From: a virus
Taxonomy: Duplodnaviria; Caudoviricetes
IMG/VR virus record: IMGVR_UViG_3300028591_000204
Span: 2,176 to 66,175 of that record
Length of the DNA stretch: 64,000 nucleotides
Direction: 5' to 3' (one strand)
Position 1 is the stretch's first letter. Every line of letters begins with the position of its first letter. The position numbers and the translations under genes were made by a program. The notes under the pieces are model-generated. The model had not been told where the DNA came from. It did no database searches and saw only the letters and a list, made by a program, of their open reading frames with translations. Shown here one piece after another: positions 9,871-19,029 of this stretch.

Positions 9871-11817
9871 TTAAAAGTTCCAAACATCTATTTCTCCAGA
9901 ATATATATTACTTTCATAATCTATATTTATATTACTAAATGGATCTGAAATAGCAACCATATCAAGATTTATTGAAGCACCCATATTAAATAAATTACTT
10001 TCTTCAGAATTTTCTATAATAGAAGGTTTATTAAGTAATTGATAAGTTTCAAATTCTTCAATAAAATCTTTATATTTAGCAGTATTCTTAAGCATAGGAA
10101 CTTGACAGAAAGTCATTATAATATCATCATGACCATAAGATGCTTTATAACTTCCATTTCCATTTTTATCTTCAAAGTTCTCAATTTCACCAATTGTTAC
10201 TAAGTCAGTAATATTAATACTGAATTTTTCAAGTTCAATCTTAAGAAGAGCACATGCAGTTTTCTTATTACCAGCAGTAAATCTAATACCTGGAATAGTC
10301 TTACGATTTTTATTATATTGTCCAGGTACATTATCTTCTTCACTTCCTTTCTTATATTGTATAATTCTTGTAGTATCAAATCCTTGAGGATTAATATTAA
10401 ATCTCCAAGAACTTTCTTTCATATAATCATTTTCATTTAAATCAAGAATATATTGATAGAAAAGAGCTCCATAAGTATTCCATTCAATAGAGAATATACA
10501 TCTATCATTATTGAATAATTGAGAAGCAAGTAACCAATATTCAAGAGCTGCATGTTCAAGATCAAGTTTATTACATTTCCAATAACCAACTTGTTTAAAT
10601 TTATCTTTTCCAATAACTTGAAGTATATTAAATACTGTACTATCACTATCTCCTCCACCACCTTCTGCTAAGTCAGCAAGAATAATGAAATATCCAGTCT
10701 TTAATTCTTCTAAATCAAAATTAGGATCCCAGAATAAATTATCTTTTTTCTGTAATACAATTTCAAATCCTTCTCTTACTTCAAATAATATTGATTGATC
10801 TCTAAGAACACCAAGACATTCTCTTGAAACAAGACATAAATCAGATGCACTAAACTGAGTACCATATTGATAATAGAAAGCTTCTTCACTACCAAGAATA
10901 CCTATCATCTTATTCTTCCATTCTTCAGTTCTCTTTTCCCATTTCTTTGTCTTAGGATTATAATCAGGAACTTGATCCCAGTCAACTTTAAATGGATGAT
11001 AAATATTTTTCTTTTCAATAGCAGCTTTATATATCTTATAGAATAAGTTAAATCCATTCTGTGTACTCATTATAGCAACATGAGCATTTGGTTGAGCTGT
11101 AACAGTAGGGATAACATTCTGATAGAAAAGTTCTACATCATTCTTAGGACACCAAGCAAACTCATCAAGGATAAGGAAGTTGATAGTTTTACCAAGACCA
11201 GCAGTTGGTGAGAAAGCTTCTGTTGTAACTGAAGAGTTATTATCAAAACCAATTTCATGTTGATTCCATTTCATTGTACCAGCCTTAAGATAATAAGGAA
11301 GGTTAAGATACATATCTTTAAGTTTTGATAATAAGTCAACACCAGCTGGACCAGATTTTGAAAGAATAAGTCCAGCCATATCTGTATTAAATAATATTAC
11401 CCAAAGACAGAAAATAGCAGTTGTAGTTGATTTACCACTTTGACGGCAAGAGAGGAAAACAGTAAAGTTATTTTCTTTTAACATATTAAGATAATCAATC
11501 TGATAATCTCTTAATTTACATGGTTTTATACCACCTTCTGCTGTTTTTAAATAACATTTACTTGCAAAATATACAGGATCTTCACGACATCTTTTATAAT
11601 CCTCAACTTCTTCTTGAGTTCTTCTATATACTAAATCTGGTTTAAGTAATTGAACATTCTTACCACAGAAAGGATTAGCTTTTAAAGGTAAACCTTTCTT
11701 TAAAGCTTCAACAGCTAAATTAAATGCCTTAGTTGTCCATACAATTCTTTCTGCTGCTTGACCATTTATAGTCTCTTTAACAGGATTGAATTCATATACA
11801 AATTCTTTTTTAGGCAT
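9871..11817 (-). CDS. terL: Terminase large subunit (T4 gp17-like)
   Basis: LRDYQ adenine-binding motif, Walker A SCRQSGKST, Walker B LILDEFAW, STQNG coupling motif, nuclease motifs DLAEGGGGD and GHDD. Confidence 0.95.
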   Translation of the reverse strand: MPKKEFVYEFNPVKETINGQAAERIVWTTKAFNLAVEALKKGLPLKANPFCGKNVQLLKPDLVYRRTQEEVEDYKRCREDPVYFASKCYLKTAEGGIKPCKLRDYQIDYLNMLKENNFTVFLSCRQSGKSTTTAIFCLWVILFNTDMAGLILSKSGPAGVDLLSKLKDMYLNLPYYLKAGTMKWNQHEIGFDNNSSVTTEAFSPTAGLGKTINFLILDEFAWCPKNDVELFYQNVIPTVTAQPNAHVAIMSTQNGFNLFYKIYKAAIEKKNIYHPFKVDWDQVPDYNPKTKKWEKRTEEWKNKMIGILGSEEAFYYQYGTQFSASDLCLVSRECLGVLRDQSILFEVREGFEIVLQKKDNLFWDPNFDLEELKTGYFIILADLAEGGGGDSDSTVFNILQVIGKDKFKQVGYWKCNKLDLEHAALEYWLLASQLFNNDRCIFSIEWNTYGALFYQYILDLNENDYMKESSWRFNINPQGFDTTRIIQYKKGSEEDNVPGQYNKNRKTIPGIRFTAGNKKTACALLKIELEKFSINITDLVTIGEIENFEDKNGNGSYKASYGHDDIIMTFCQVPMLKNTAKYKDFIEEFETYQLLNKPSIIENSEESNLFNMGASINLDMVAISDPFSNINIDYESNIYSGEIDVWNF

Positions 11818-11869
11818 AAAAATTTATAATTTTTTATACTATATTTATATATAACAATAAATAAAAAAT

Positions 11870-12361
11870 ATGAAAAGTATTGAGAGATATATCTTAGAAG
11901 GTTCTAAGTTTGTAGTTTTTGTAATGTGTGGTCTTCCTGGATCTGGTAAATCTACATGGGCGAAGGAAAATCATCCAGACTTGACTATTGTTTCTAGAGA
12001 TGTAATACGTGCTAAACTTGGATTTACTAAGGATGCAGATGAAAAGGCTGTTCTTACTGCTGGACAAGAAAAGCAAGTAACTACTGAAGAATATTGGCAG
12101 ATTGCTAAACTTGCTAAAAAGAAGCAGTCATTTATTGTTGATGATACTAATTCTATACCTAAATATAGAAAGGAATTGCTTCAGACTCTTAGAAATTATG
12201 GTGCAAAGATAATTGGAGTAAATGTTGAAACTCCTATAGAAGTTTGTATCAATAGACGTCGTGGACAAATTCCTAAAGAAACTATGGAACGTCTTGCTGC
12301 TAAGAGACTTCCTCTTAGAAAAGAAGATGTTGATGATTTATTAAATGTGAAGGGCTACTGA
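11870..12361 (+). CDS. P-loop kinase (AAA_33 / polynucleotide kinase-like) with putative capsid-targeting N-terminus
   Basis: GLPGSGKST, VSRDVIR and IVDDTN motifs; N-terminus MKSIERYILE. Confidence 0.8.
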   Translation: MKSIERYILEGSKFVVFVMCGLPGSGKSTWAKENHPDLTIVSRDVIRAKLGFTKDADEKAVLTAGQEKQVTTEEYWQIAKLAKKKQSFIVDDTNSIPKYRKELLQTLRNYGAKIIGVNVETPIEVCINRRRGQIPKETMERLAAKRLPLRKEDVDDLLNVKGY

Positions 12362-12384
12362 TAAATCAGTAACCCTTCTTTTTT
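12349..12384. terminator. Intrinsic terminator between convergent genes
   Basis: Stem GAAGGGCTACTGA/TCAGTAACCCTTC (one mismatch) with TAAA loop, then a T run. Confidence 0.8.
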
Positions 12385-12402
12385 ATATAGTAGTATTTGA
12401 TA

Positions 12403-13194
12403 TTAGGTAGTTTTCTTAGGTCTACCTCTTTTCTTTGTAGGAGTATTATAAGCATTAAATAACTCCATTATATATTCTTTTTTCATATCATATGAAAGAG
12501 AGTCAATAGCACTTGCAAATTCAGGATTCTTAGTATTACTCATACTATTCTTAATTAATCCACGAGTATATACATATATAGTAGAAATAATATTAGCAAA
12601 TTTATATCCTAAGAAATGAAGAGTATATAAAAATCCTTCTCCACACATACCATTTTCATATTCTGGATAGAAATATACTTTATTAGTAAATTTCTCAAGA
12701 CATTTTCTTCTGAACATACAACTTTGGAAATGACAAACACTTAACATTGGATTACCATTCTTTAAGTATTCTGTAATTTGTTCATTATTTAATTCAATCA
12801 TTGTATTAGGAAGAACTCTTTTATCAGAAAGCATTACTGATGAAGAAACAACATCTACATCAGGATTATTATCTAAATATTTTACTTGTTCTTCAATTTT
12901 CTGAGGATCTACAAGATCATCACTATCAACAAAACAAATATATTCACTATCTGTTTTATTTAATATAAAGTTATGTGTATTAATATAACCTTCTTGTTCT
13001 GTTTGCCATGCGATTACATTACTATTATTATTTTGATAATCAAGTATTACATCAATAGTTTTATCTAATGATTTACCATCACATACTAAGATATTATAAT
13101 CTTTATATGTTTGTTTTAATAATGAATCAAGTGATGACTTTATAATAGATTGTCTATTATAAACACATACACATATATTTACTCTCTTACTCAT
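12403..13194 (-). CDS. Family 2 glycosyltransferase with C-terminal AT-hook-like motif
   Basis: GT-A features: VCVYNR, LLKQTYKDYNILVCDGKSLD, FVDSDD (DxD). C-terminus KKRGRPKK. Confidence 0.85.
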   Translation of the reverse strand: MSKRVNICVCVYNRQSIIKSSLDSLLKQTYKDYNILVCDGKSLDKTIDVILDYQNNNSNVIAWQTEQEGYINTHNFILNKTDSEYICFVDSDDLVDPQKIEEQVKYLDNNPDVDVVSSSVMLSDKRVLPNTMIELNNEQITEYLKNGNPMLSVCHFQSCMFRRKCLEKFTNKVYFYPEYENGMCGEGFLYTLHFLGYKFANIISTIYVYTRGLIKNSMSNTKNPEFASAIDSLSYDMKKEYIMELFNAYNTPTKKRGRPKKTT

Positions 13195-13213
13195 ATATAT
13201 AATTTAATTTTAT

Positions 13214-14113
13214 TTAAAATAAATCAGTTAATTTTGGCATAGGTGGGAATATAGGAGGAATTGCAATACCTGTTAATTGTCTTACAATCATAACTGCTTT
13301 TGCAATTACATTTTGTGCTTTAACTTGTACAAGTGCTGCTAATTGTTCTTTTTCTGATTCTACTTTTTTTAATACAAGTTTTAATGCGGCATTAGTTGTT
13401 TCTGCAGCAGCAGTTCCAATAGCACAACCAAGTGATTCAATTGCAGAGTCTCTCATATTTTCAAGAAAATATGCATAAGAACCTATAAAACCATTAGCTT
13501 TTTGTACAATAAGATTTGTATAACTATTTGCTTGAGATACAACCCAATCAGGTCCCATTTTAACATATGCAGTTATTGTACCAATACCAGCTTCTAAAGA
13601 TCCTAATACTTGGTCTTTAAACTCCATACATTTACCATAACCACCAGTTATTTTATCTTTAATATCATTAAGTTTCTTTTCTTGTTCTTCGTTAAGTAAT
13701 TTTTTAGATTTTTCTTCTACTTTTGGTTTCTCACTTATAGCTGATAATAATTCTGCAGGTTTCATTATTTTTTGTTGTGTCCAATAACCAACAGATTGTA
13801 ATACTTTATCACTAATAGCACTTACATCAATTAAATCCATAAATCTATCTGATAAATATGAAGTTATTGCTCCTGTTGCTACTGTTAAACAATGCTGACC
13901 TAAATCAACAGTTATTTTTTTAATTAAATCTAAATCAGTAACAGTATTGAATGTAAGTAATGAATCATCAATAATATTATCTACTTGAGAAAATATATTA
14001 GTGGCTTCTCCTTTAAGAAAGCTAGAACCAGCATTTAGAGTAACCATTTCTAGATTACCTAATAAATCTCCTGGTAAACCTTCTTTACGTATGTAATTTG
14101 TAATTTCTGCCAT
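13214..14113 (-). CDS. Hypothetical helical protein in the baseplate/portal operon
   Basis: 299 aa, translationally coupled to the gp5-like gene. Confidence 0.65.
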   Translation of the reverse strand: MAEITNYIRKEGLPGDLLGNLEMVTLNAGSSFLKGEATNIFSQVDNIIDDSLLTFNTVTDLDLIKKITVDLGQHCLTVATGAITSYLSDRFMDLIDVSAISDKVLQSVGYWTQQKIMKPAELLSAISEKPKVEEKSKKLLNEEQEKKLNDIKDKITGGYGKCMEFKDQVLGSLEAGIGTITAYVKMGPDWVVSQANSYTNLIVQKANGFIGSYAYFLENMRDSAIESLGCAIGTAAAETTNAALKLVLKKVESEKEQLAALVQVKAQNVIAKAVMIVRQLTGIAIPPIFPPMPKLTDLF

Positions 14114-14808
14114 TAATTTACTTTTGTATTATTTGTTAATAATGATTGTGTATCTGAAAGAGTATCTACACATGCTTGAAATCCTGCAGCAAGAGGAGCT
14201 GTATACATACCAGCAACTGAAGAATTCATTAATGTTAAAAAGTTTCCTTTTAATTGCTCAAGTAAATTTACAAGTTTCTGTCCATATATTGCTGGTTCCA
14301 TTGATTCTGTATTAGAATCACCAATATATACTTTATTATCTTTTATTGTAATATAACCTTCACCAGAATTAATTATAACTTGATTATCAGGAGTTAATTT
14401 AATACAAGTATTTTCTCCATTTTTTAATACTATGCCTTCTGATGGACGATAATAGATATATACACCATTTTCTCCAGCAGTTCTAGATAAAAGAACTTCA
14501 CTTTCTTGATAATCAGATTCATCTTCAGAAATTATCTTCTTACTATCTTCATTTAATTCAAACATTGGAATATACCAGAATTCTCTATATTCTTTATTAG
14601 TAAATATCCAAATTTTAGAACCAACACGTAATTTAGAAAATCTCTGATAACCTTGCATAGTTAATGGATATATCCAAGGAAGGCCTTCTTTATTCATTAC
14701 AGATGAATCAAAAAGTCCTGGACTATCAGCTTTAACACGACCTATATATTTTGGGTCATCAACATCTATTACTATACCAGGTAATACCTTTACATTAGAT
14801 AAATCCAT
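14113..14808 (-). CDS. Baseplate central spike protein (gp5/gpV N-terminal OB-fold type)
   Basis: GIVIDVDDPKYIGRVKA...LPWIYP is the typical gp5/gpV OB-fold signature, followed by a beta-strand-rich region. Confidence 0.7.
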   Translation of the reverse strand: MDLSNVKVLPGIVIDVDDPKYIGRVKADSPGLFDSSVMNKEGLPWIYPLTMQGYQRFSKLRVGSKIWIFTNKEYREFWYIPMFELNEDSKKIISEDESDYQESEVLLSRTAGENGVYIYYRPSEGIVLKNGENTCIKLTPDNQVIINSGEGYITIKDNKVYIGDSNTESMEPAIYGQKLVNLLEQLKGNFLTLMNSSVAGMYTAPLAAGFQACVDTLSDTQSLLTNNTKVN

Positions 14809-14814
14809 ATTCTA

Positions 14815-16614
14815 TTATGCTTGTGTAGTTTCACTTGATTCTGGTTGTACATCACCTAACATTTCACTATCAATTTCTCCTCCACTTTCTTCACTTTCTG
14901 GTGATTCTGATTCTTCTCCACCACCTTCTTCTCCTTCAGCACCAGTTTCTTCTTCTGTTTCTTCTTCATCATTTTCACCTTCAGGATTACCACCAGCTAC
15001 TTTCTTAAGTTTCTTTTCTTCTTTCATCTTCTTATTAAGTTCAAGATCAGCTTCACTCATCTTAAGATATTTAAGAATTAAGAATTCTGGATCAAAGAAT
15101 GGTTCTTCTTCACCTTCTTCATTAGTTATTACTAAGCTATCCTTCATTGTACCAATAAATTCAACTCTCTTAGACATAACTTCTTGTTCTGCAAGTTCAG
15201 TGAATTGGTTATATGAATTGAAATGAAGAGAAATAGAATCAAGTATTCTCTTATCATTTTTAATATCAGGAATATTAAGAGCAATCTGAATTCTTATAGG
15301 TTTAAGAATTATTTCTCCAAATGTACTTCTCATTCTTGTTACAAATCTTGAGAAGTTAATTTCATCTCTAAGTTGTTGTGTAGGGTCTGTACCAAACCAT
15401 GTTGCTTGTGCTTCTCTGTCAAAATGAGATTCAGGAATCTTACTCATCTTATAAAGATTTGATAAGAAGTACTTAATCTGATCACTATCATTAAGTTGTG
15501 GTCCATTATCTACAAGTGTTTCAATATTTGGAGTACCAGCTTCATTTTCGGGCATCCAATATTCTTTATTAAATGGCATATTAACTTTACCATTTACCAT
15601 TAATTCACCAGTATCAACATTGAAAGATATATCTTCTTTATATCTATTCATTGCTTGTGAAAGAGTCTGCATACCCTTTGCTTTATTCATACCATTAATA
15701 GGAATAGTGAACATAGTCTTGAATGAAGACTGAGTTACAGTCCAAATAATCTGTGCTTGTTCAACAATTCTATAAATATTAAATGGACGAATAAGACGTT
15801 CAAGATATGATTGTCTTTCTGTTACACCAGTATCTTCATACTTGATATAAATAATCTGAATATCAAGTAAGTATCTTTCTTTACCTTGAATACCTTTAAA
15901 TTGTACCCAATATGTTGTACCATTTTTGATGACCTTTGTCAATGTAACAGGATCAACATCAATGATACCAATAATTGAGTGAGGATTTTCAAGATCATCA
16001 TAGATAATTTCATAAGCAAGAACACCATCAATTAACCATCTCTTAAAATCATCCCATGCTTTTCTCTTCCAATCAAGAAACATATACATTTTATAGAATA
16101 CTGTATTAACAGCATTTCTAAGCTCTTCAGCAGATTTTTCAGTTAATTGTTGTGTAAGACCAGTATCAATGAATGGTTGAGCAATATAAGCTTCATCGTC
16201 ATCATAAACAATACATTCATTAGACATAACATCAAGAATATCTTCAAGTTCTGGCTGAGCAGCCATTTTTCTAAGAATTACTCTTTTTTGTTCAAGAGTC
16301 TTTTCTTTAAAGTCTTTATCTTCTTCTCCTTTCTGTTTCCAGTTATTCATCATTCCACCATAAATAGACTGATTTAATAACAAATCATCTTTAGGTTGAA
16401 GTTGTTTATCAGCTGGAATAGCTCTCATATTATTTATTACCTCATCAGAATAATTCATTCCATAATGAGATAAAGAATATAATATCTTAGAGATTCGACT
16501 TTGTTTTTTAACTGTCTGATTACTTAGCATCTGTTGTGTAAGTATATTACTTTCGACAGCTTCCATTATACTTTGTTCATTTTCTAGAACACTATTTAAA
16601 TTACCAAATACCAT
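14815..16614 (-). CDS. Portal vertex protein (T4 gp20-like)
   Basis: SYLERLIRPFN, EYWMPE, IKYFLSNLYKMSKIP and RDEINFSRFVTRMR match gp20 hallmarks; acidic C-terminal tail. Confidence 0.92.
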   Translation of the reverse strand: MVFGNLNSVLENEQSIMEAVESNILTQQMLSNQTVKKQSRISKILYSLSHYGMNYSDEVINNMRAIPADKQLQPKDDLLLNQSIYGGMMNNWKQKGEEDKDFKEKTLEQKRVILRKMAAQPELEDILDVMSNECIVYDDDEAYIAQPFIDTGLTQQLTEKSAEELRNAVNTVFYKMYMFLDWKRKAWDDFKRWLIDGVLAYEIIYDDLENPHSIIGIIDVDPVTLTKVIKNGTTYWVQFKGIQGKERYLLDIQIIYIKYEDTGVTERQSYLERLIRPFNIYRIVEQAQIIWTVTQSSFKTMFTIPINGMNKAKGMQTLSQAMNRYKEDISFNVDTGELMVNGKVNMPFNKEYWMPENEAGTPNIETLVDNGPQLNDSDQIKYFLSNLYKMSKIPESHFDREAQATWFGTDPTQQLRDEINFSRFVTRMRSTFGEIILKPIRIQIALNIPDIKNDKRILDSISLHFNSYNQFTELAEQEVMSKRVEFIGTMKDSLVITNEEGEEEPFFDPEFLILKYLKMSEADLELNKKMKEEKKLKKVAGGNPEGENDEEETEEETGAEGEEGGGEESESPESEESGGEIDSEMLGDVQPESSETTQA

Positions 16615-16638
16615 AATATTTTACTATATAAATACTTC

Positions 16639-16652
16639 TATAGATAAAAATA
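16639..16652 (-). promoter_or_regulatory. Class B motif upstream of portal
   Basis: TATTTTTATCTATA on the minus strand, 24 nt before the portal ATG. Confidence 0.6.
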
Positions 16653-16692
16653 ATTTTTATATTTTATTTTTTGTGATTTTGATGAAATTTTT

Positions 16693-16720
16693 ATGAATTA
16701 TTTGAATTCTTTACTATATT
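16693..16720 (+). promoter_or_regulatory. Class A promoter-like element
   Basis: ATGAAT-16 nt-TATATT upstream of 16745. Confidence 0.5.
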
Positions 16721-16744
16721 AAACTTGAATTTAATAGATAATAT

Positions 16745-16966
16745 ATGAGTAATAAGATTAGAAAAAGCAATGATATTATACGGCTTCGTGATGACGTATA
16801 TGTTTATAAAGAAAATATCGATTGTATCGTAAAGACGAATGTTGATCCTAAAGATAAAAGTAATCTTAAGGAGGATATTTATGTAATCTATCTTAAAAAC
16901 TCTCATTTTAATTGGATTTCTTTAACTAAAGAACAGTATAACAAATATCTTAAACATTTAATTTAA
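16745..16966 (+). CDS. Hypothetical protein
   Basis: 73 aa, first gene of the plus-strand TelA unit. Confidence 0.65.
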   Translation: MSNKIRKSNDIIRLRDDVYVYKENIDCIVKTNVDPKDKSNLKEDIYVIYLKNSHFNWISLTKEQYNKYLKHLI

Positions 16967-16979
16967 TTTTTAAAAAATC

Positions 16980-18089
16980 ATGGCAAATAGTATTACTAAA
17001 GAAATTAGTGTAGCTCACAGTGCAACGGTAGCTGGTTACGATTATGAGAAGCGCCTTAAGAGCCTTACTCCTGAGGAACGTGCTAAGTATCTTGCACTCA
17101 CAGACAAGGTCGATGTTCATAACCTTACTACGGTTCATGAATATGGTTCCGAGCTTAATTCTGTAGTAGCCGAGAATGGAGAGCGATTCCTCGCTTCAGT
17201 CAAGGCAGGTGATGGTGGTGAAATTGTTGCTCTTACTACAGAGCTTCTTTCTCAGCTCAATATGATTAATATTGACGAGATTAATTCTGATACCAAGTGG
17301 AAGAATTTCCTTAGGAAGCTTCCTGTTGTTCGTAAGTTCGTTACTTCTATCGAAAACATCAAGATCAAGTACAATGACATTGCAGAGAATGTAAATGCCA
17401 TTGCTGACAAGATGGGAGATGCAAAGATTGTTGCTCTCACTGATAACTCCACTCTTCAGGAGATTTTCGATAATAATGTAACTTATATTTCTCGTATCCG
17501 TGAGCTTATCCTCGGTGCTAAGGTTCGTCTTGAAGAAGCTGAGAAGCAGCTTGCTGAGATGAAGGCACATCCTGAGAACTATGAGACTTATGAGATTTCT
17601 GAGATGCAGGATTTCGTAGGTTCTATCCAGAAGAGGATTGCTGACCTTCAGGTTACTGAAGCAGTTATGCAGCAGAACCTCCTTCAGATTCGTGCTACTC
17701 AGGGTAATAACCTTGCTATCGCTGAGAAGAGTAATAACATTGTTACTAATGTAATTCCTCTTTGGAAGAATCAGCTTTCTATCGCGGTTATCATGAATAA
17801 CCAGAAGAAGAATGTTGAGGCTCAGGCAATGCTTACTGAGACAACTAATAAGATTCTCGCTGAGAATGCTAAGAATCTCCACACTAACTCTGTTGCTGTC
17901 GCAAAGGCTAATGAAGAGTCTGTTATCTCTCTTGAGACACTTAAGACTACTACTAATGAGCTTATTGCTACCATCAAGGAGGTTGAGAGAATTCACGCTG
18001 ATGGTGCTCATCAGAGAGAGCTCATTGAGAAGGAGCTTCATAGCATGGCTATCCAGCTTGAAGATGCTATCAATGGTAGTGGTAAGTAA
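16980..18089 (+). CDS. telA: Toxic anion resistance protein (TelA/KlaA family)
   Basis: 369 aa coiled-coil protein with family-typical segments TTVHEYG, LQEIFDNN, QIRATQGNN, TNVIPLWKNQL and SVISLETL. Confidence 0.85.
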   Translation: MANSITKEISVAHSATVAGYDYEKRLKSLTPEERAKYLALTDKVDVHNLTTVHEYGSELNSVVAENGERFLASVKAGDGGEIVALTTELLSQLNMINIDEINSDTKWKNFLRKLPVVRKFVTSIENIKIKYNDIAENVNAIADKMGDAKIVALTDNSTLQEIFDNNVTYISRIRELILGAKVRLEEAEKQLAEMKAHPENYETYEISEMQDFVGSIQKRIADLQVTEAVMQQNLLQIRATQGNNLAIAEKSNNIVTNVIPLWKNQLSIAVIMNNQKKNVEAQAMLTETTNKILAENAKNLHTNSVAVAKANEESVISLETLKTTTNELIATIKEVERIHADGAHQRELIEKELHSMAIQLEDAINGSGK

Positions 18090-18733
18090 TGGAAGATACT
18101 GATTTTGTAACACCTGGCGAAGTTCCGCAGATAACTCTGCAAAGACAAGCTGCGGAACTAGCCAAAATAAAAAAAGAAATGGCTTCTGTTCAGAAAAGTA
18201 TAGATGAATTGGTTAATGGCATGAATGGTGCCCTTGATCAGATGAGAATTAAGTATAATGTTGAGAAAGCTCTTGCATTAGATGCTGACATTACTTATAG
18301 GGAAACAGAAGAAGGAAAGACTATCATTTCTATTACAAAGAATGGTAATACGACTGAATCAACTTATGACAGTTTTCCTGTAGAAGTTAAAGCCGGTATT
18401 GATAGAGCAATGGCTATTCGTAGAAAGAAAATTTCTAAGAATGAAGCTAAATCAAACATTAAGACTAAATATAAGATAGGTGATCATCTTATTCTTCGTG
18501 GTAAGATTAAGGATGGATCTGAAAGACTTGTAAAGAAATTTGAAATTAAGAAGATTATTTGGTCTATTAAGAGTAAGCCAATGAATATCTTTATTCTTAA
18601 GCAACTTGAAGGACCAAACAATAATACAACATTGGATAGAAATGATTGTAAGAAATATCATATTAAATATGAGGAAGGTCTTCAGGCATATTCTATGATG
18701 TTGAACTTTACAAGAATTAGAAAAAATAAGTAA
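18089..18733 (+). CDS. Hypothetical protein
   Basis: 214 aa, TAATG-coupled to telA; N-terminal coiled coil, basic C-terminal domain. Confidence 0.75.
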   Translation: MEDTDFVTPGEVPQITLQRQAAELAKIKKEMASVQKSIDELVNGMNGALDQMRIKYNVEKALALDADITYRETEEGKTIISITKNGNTTESTYDSFPVEVKAGIDRAMAIRRKKISKNEAKSNIKTKYKIGDHLILRGKIKDGSERLVKKFEIKKIIWSIKSKPMNIFILKQLEGPNNNTTLDRNDCKKYHIKYEEGLQAYSMMLNFTRIRKNK

Positions 18734-18740
18734 ATTATTT

Positions 18741-18768
18741 GTGAATTATAAGAAAAAATTTCTATAAT
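18741..18768 (+). promoter_or_regulatory. Class A promoter-like element
   Basis: GTGAAT-16 nt-TATAAT upstream of 18800 and of the putative ncRNA. Confidence 0.55.
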
Positions 18769-18799
18769 ATAATTAACAGGTTTTTAAAAAATATAGAAT

Positions 18800-19018
18800 A
18801 TGTACAATCCAAAATTTATTAGACTTCACAATTCTGAGAATAACACAGTAGTTGTTGTTAATATTGGTTCAATTGCTTTGATTGATACTGACGAAGAGAA
18901 TGGTCGTCCTGTAAGTGTTATTTATATGAATAACGAATGTGATGTAAAAGAGTTCAATGTAAATGAAACTCCTGAGAAGATCTACGCTGAGATTGAAAAG
19001 ATTTATCAGGATAAATAA
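18800..19018 (+). CDS. Small hypothetical protein (FlbD-like beta fold possible)
   Basis: 72 aa; FIRLH...VVVNIGSIALI...FNVNETPEKI pattern resembles FlbD-like small phage proteins. Confidence 0.6.
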   Translation: MYNPKFIRLHNSENNTVVVVNIGSIALIDTDEENGRPVSVIYMNNECDVKEFNVNETPEKIYAEIEKIYQDK

Positions 19019-19029
19019 TAGAAATTTAA

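Noticed and set aside
11842-11849. T4-type late promoter TATAAATA on the minus strand upstream of the terminase
   Set aside because: A single all-A/T 8-mer is expected by chance in this genome and overlaps the plus-strand class B-like motif.
17196-18113. 305 aa minus-strand ORF and other short frames within telA
   Set aside because: Shadow ORFs of a clearly recognisable TelA gene.
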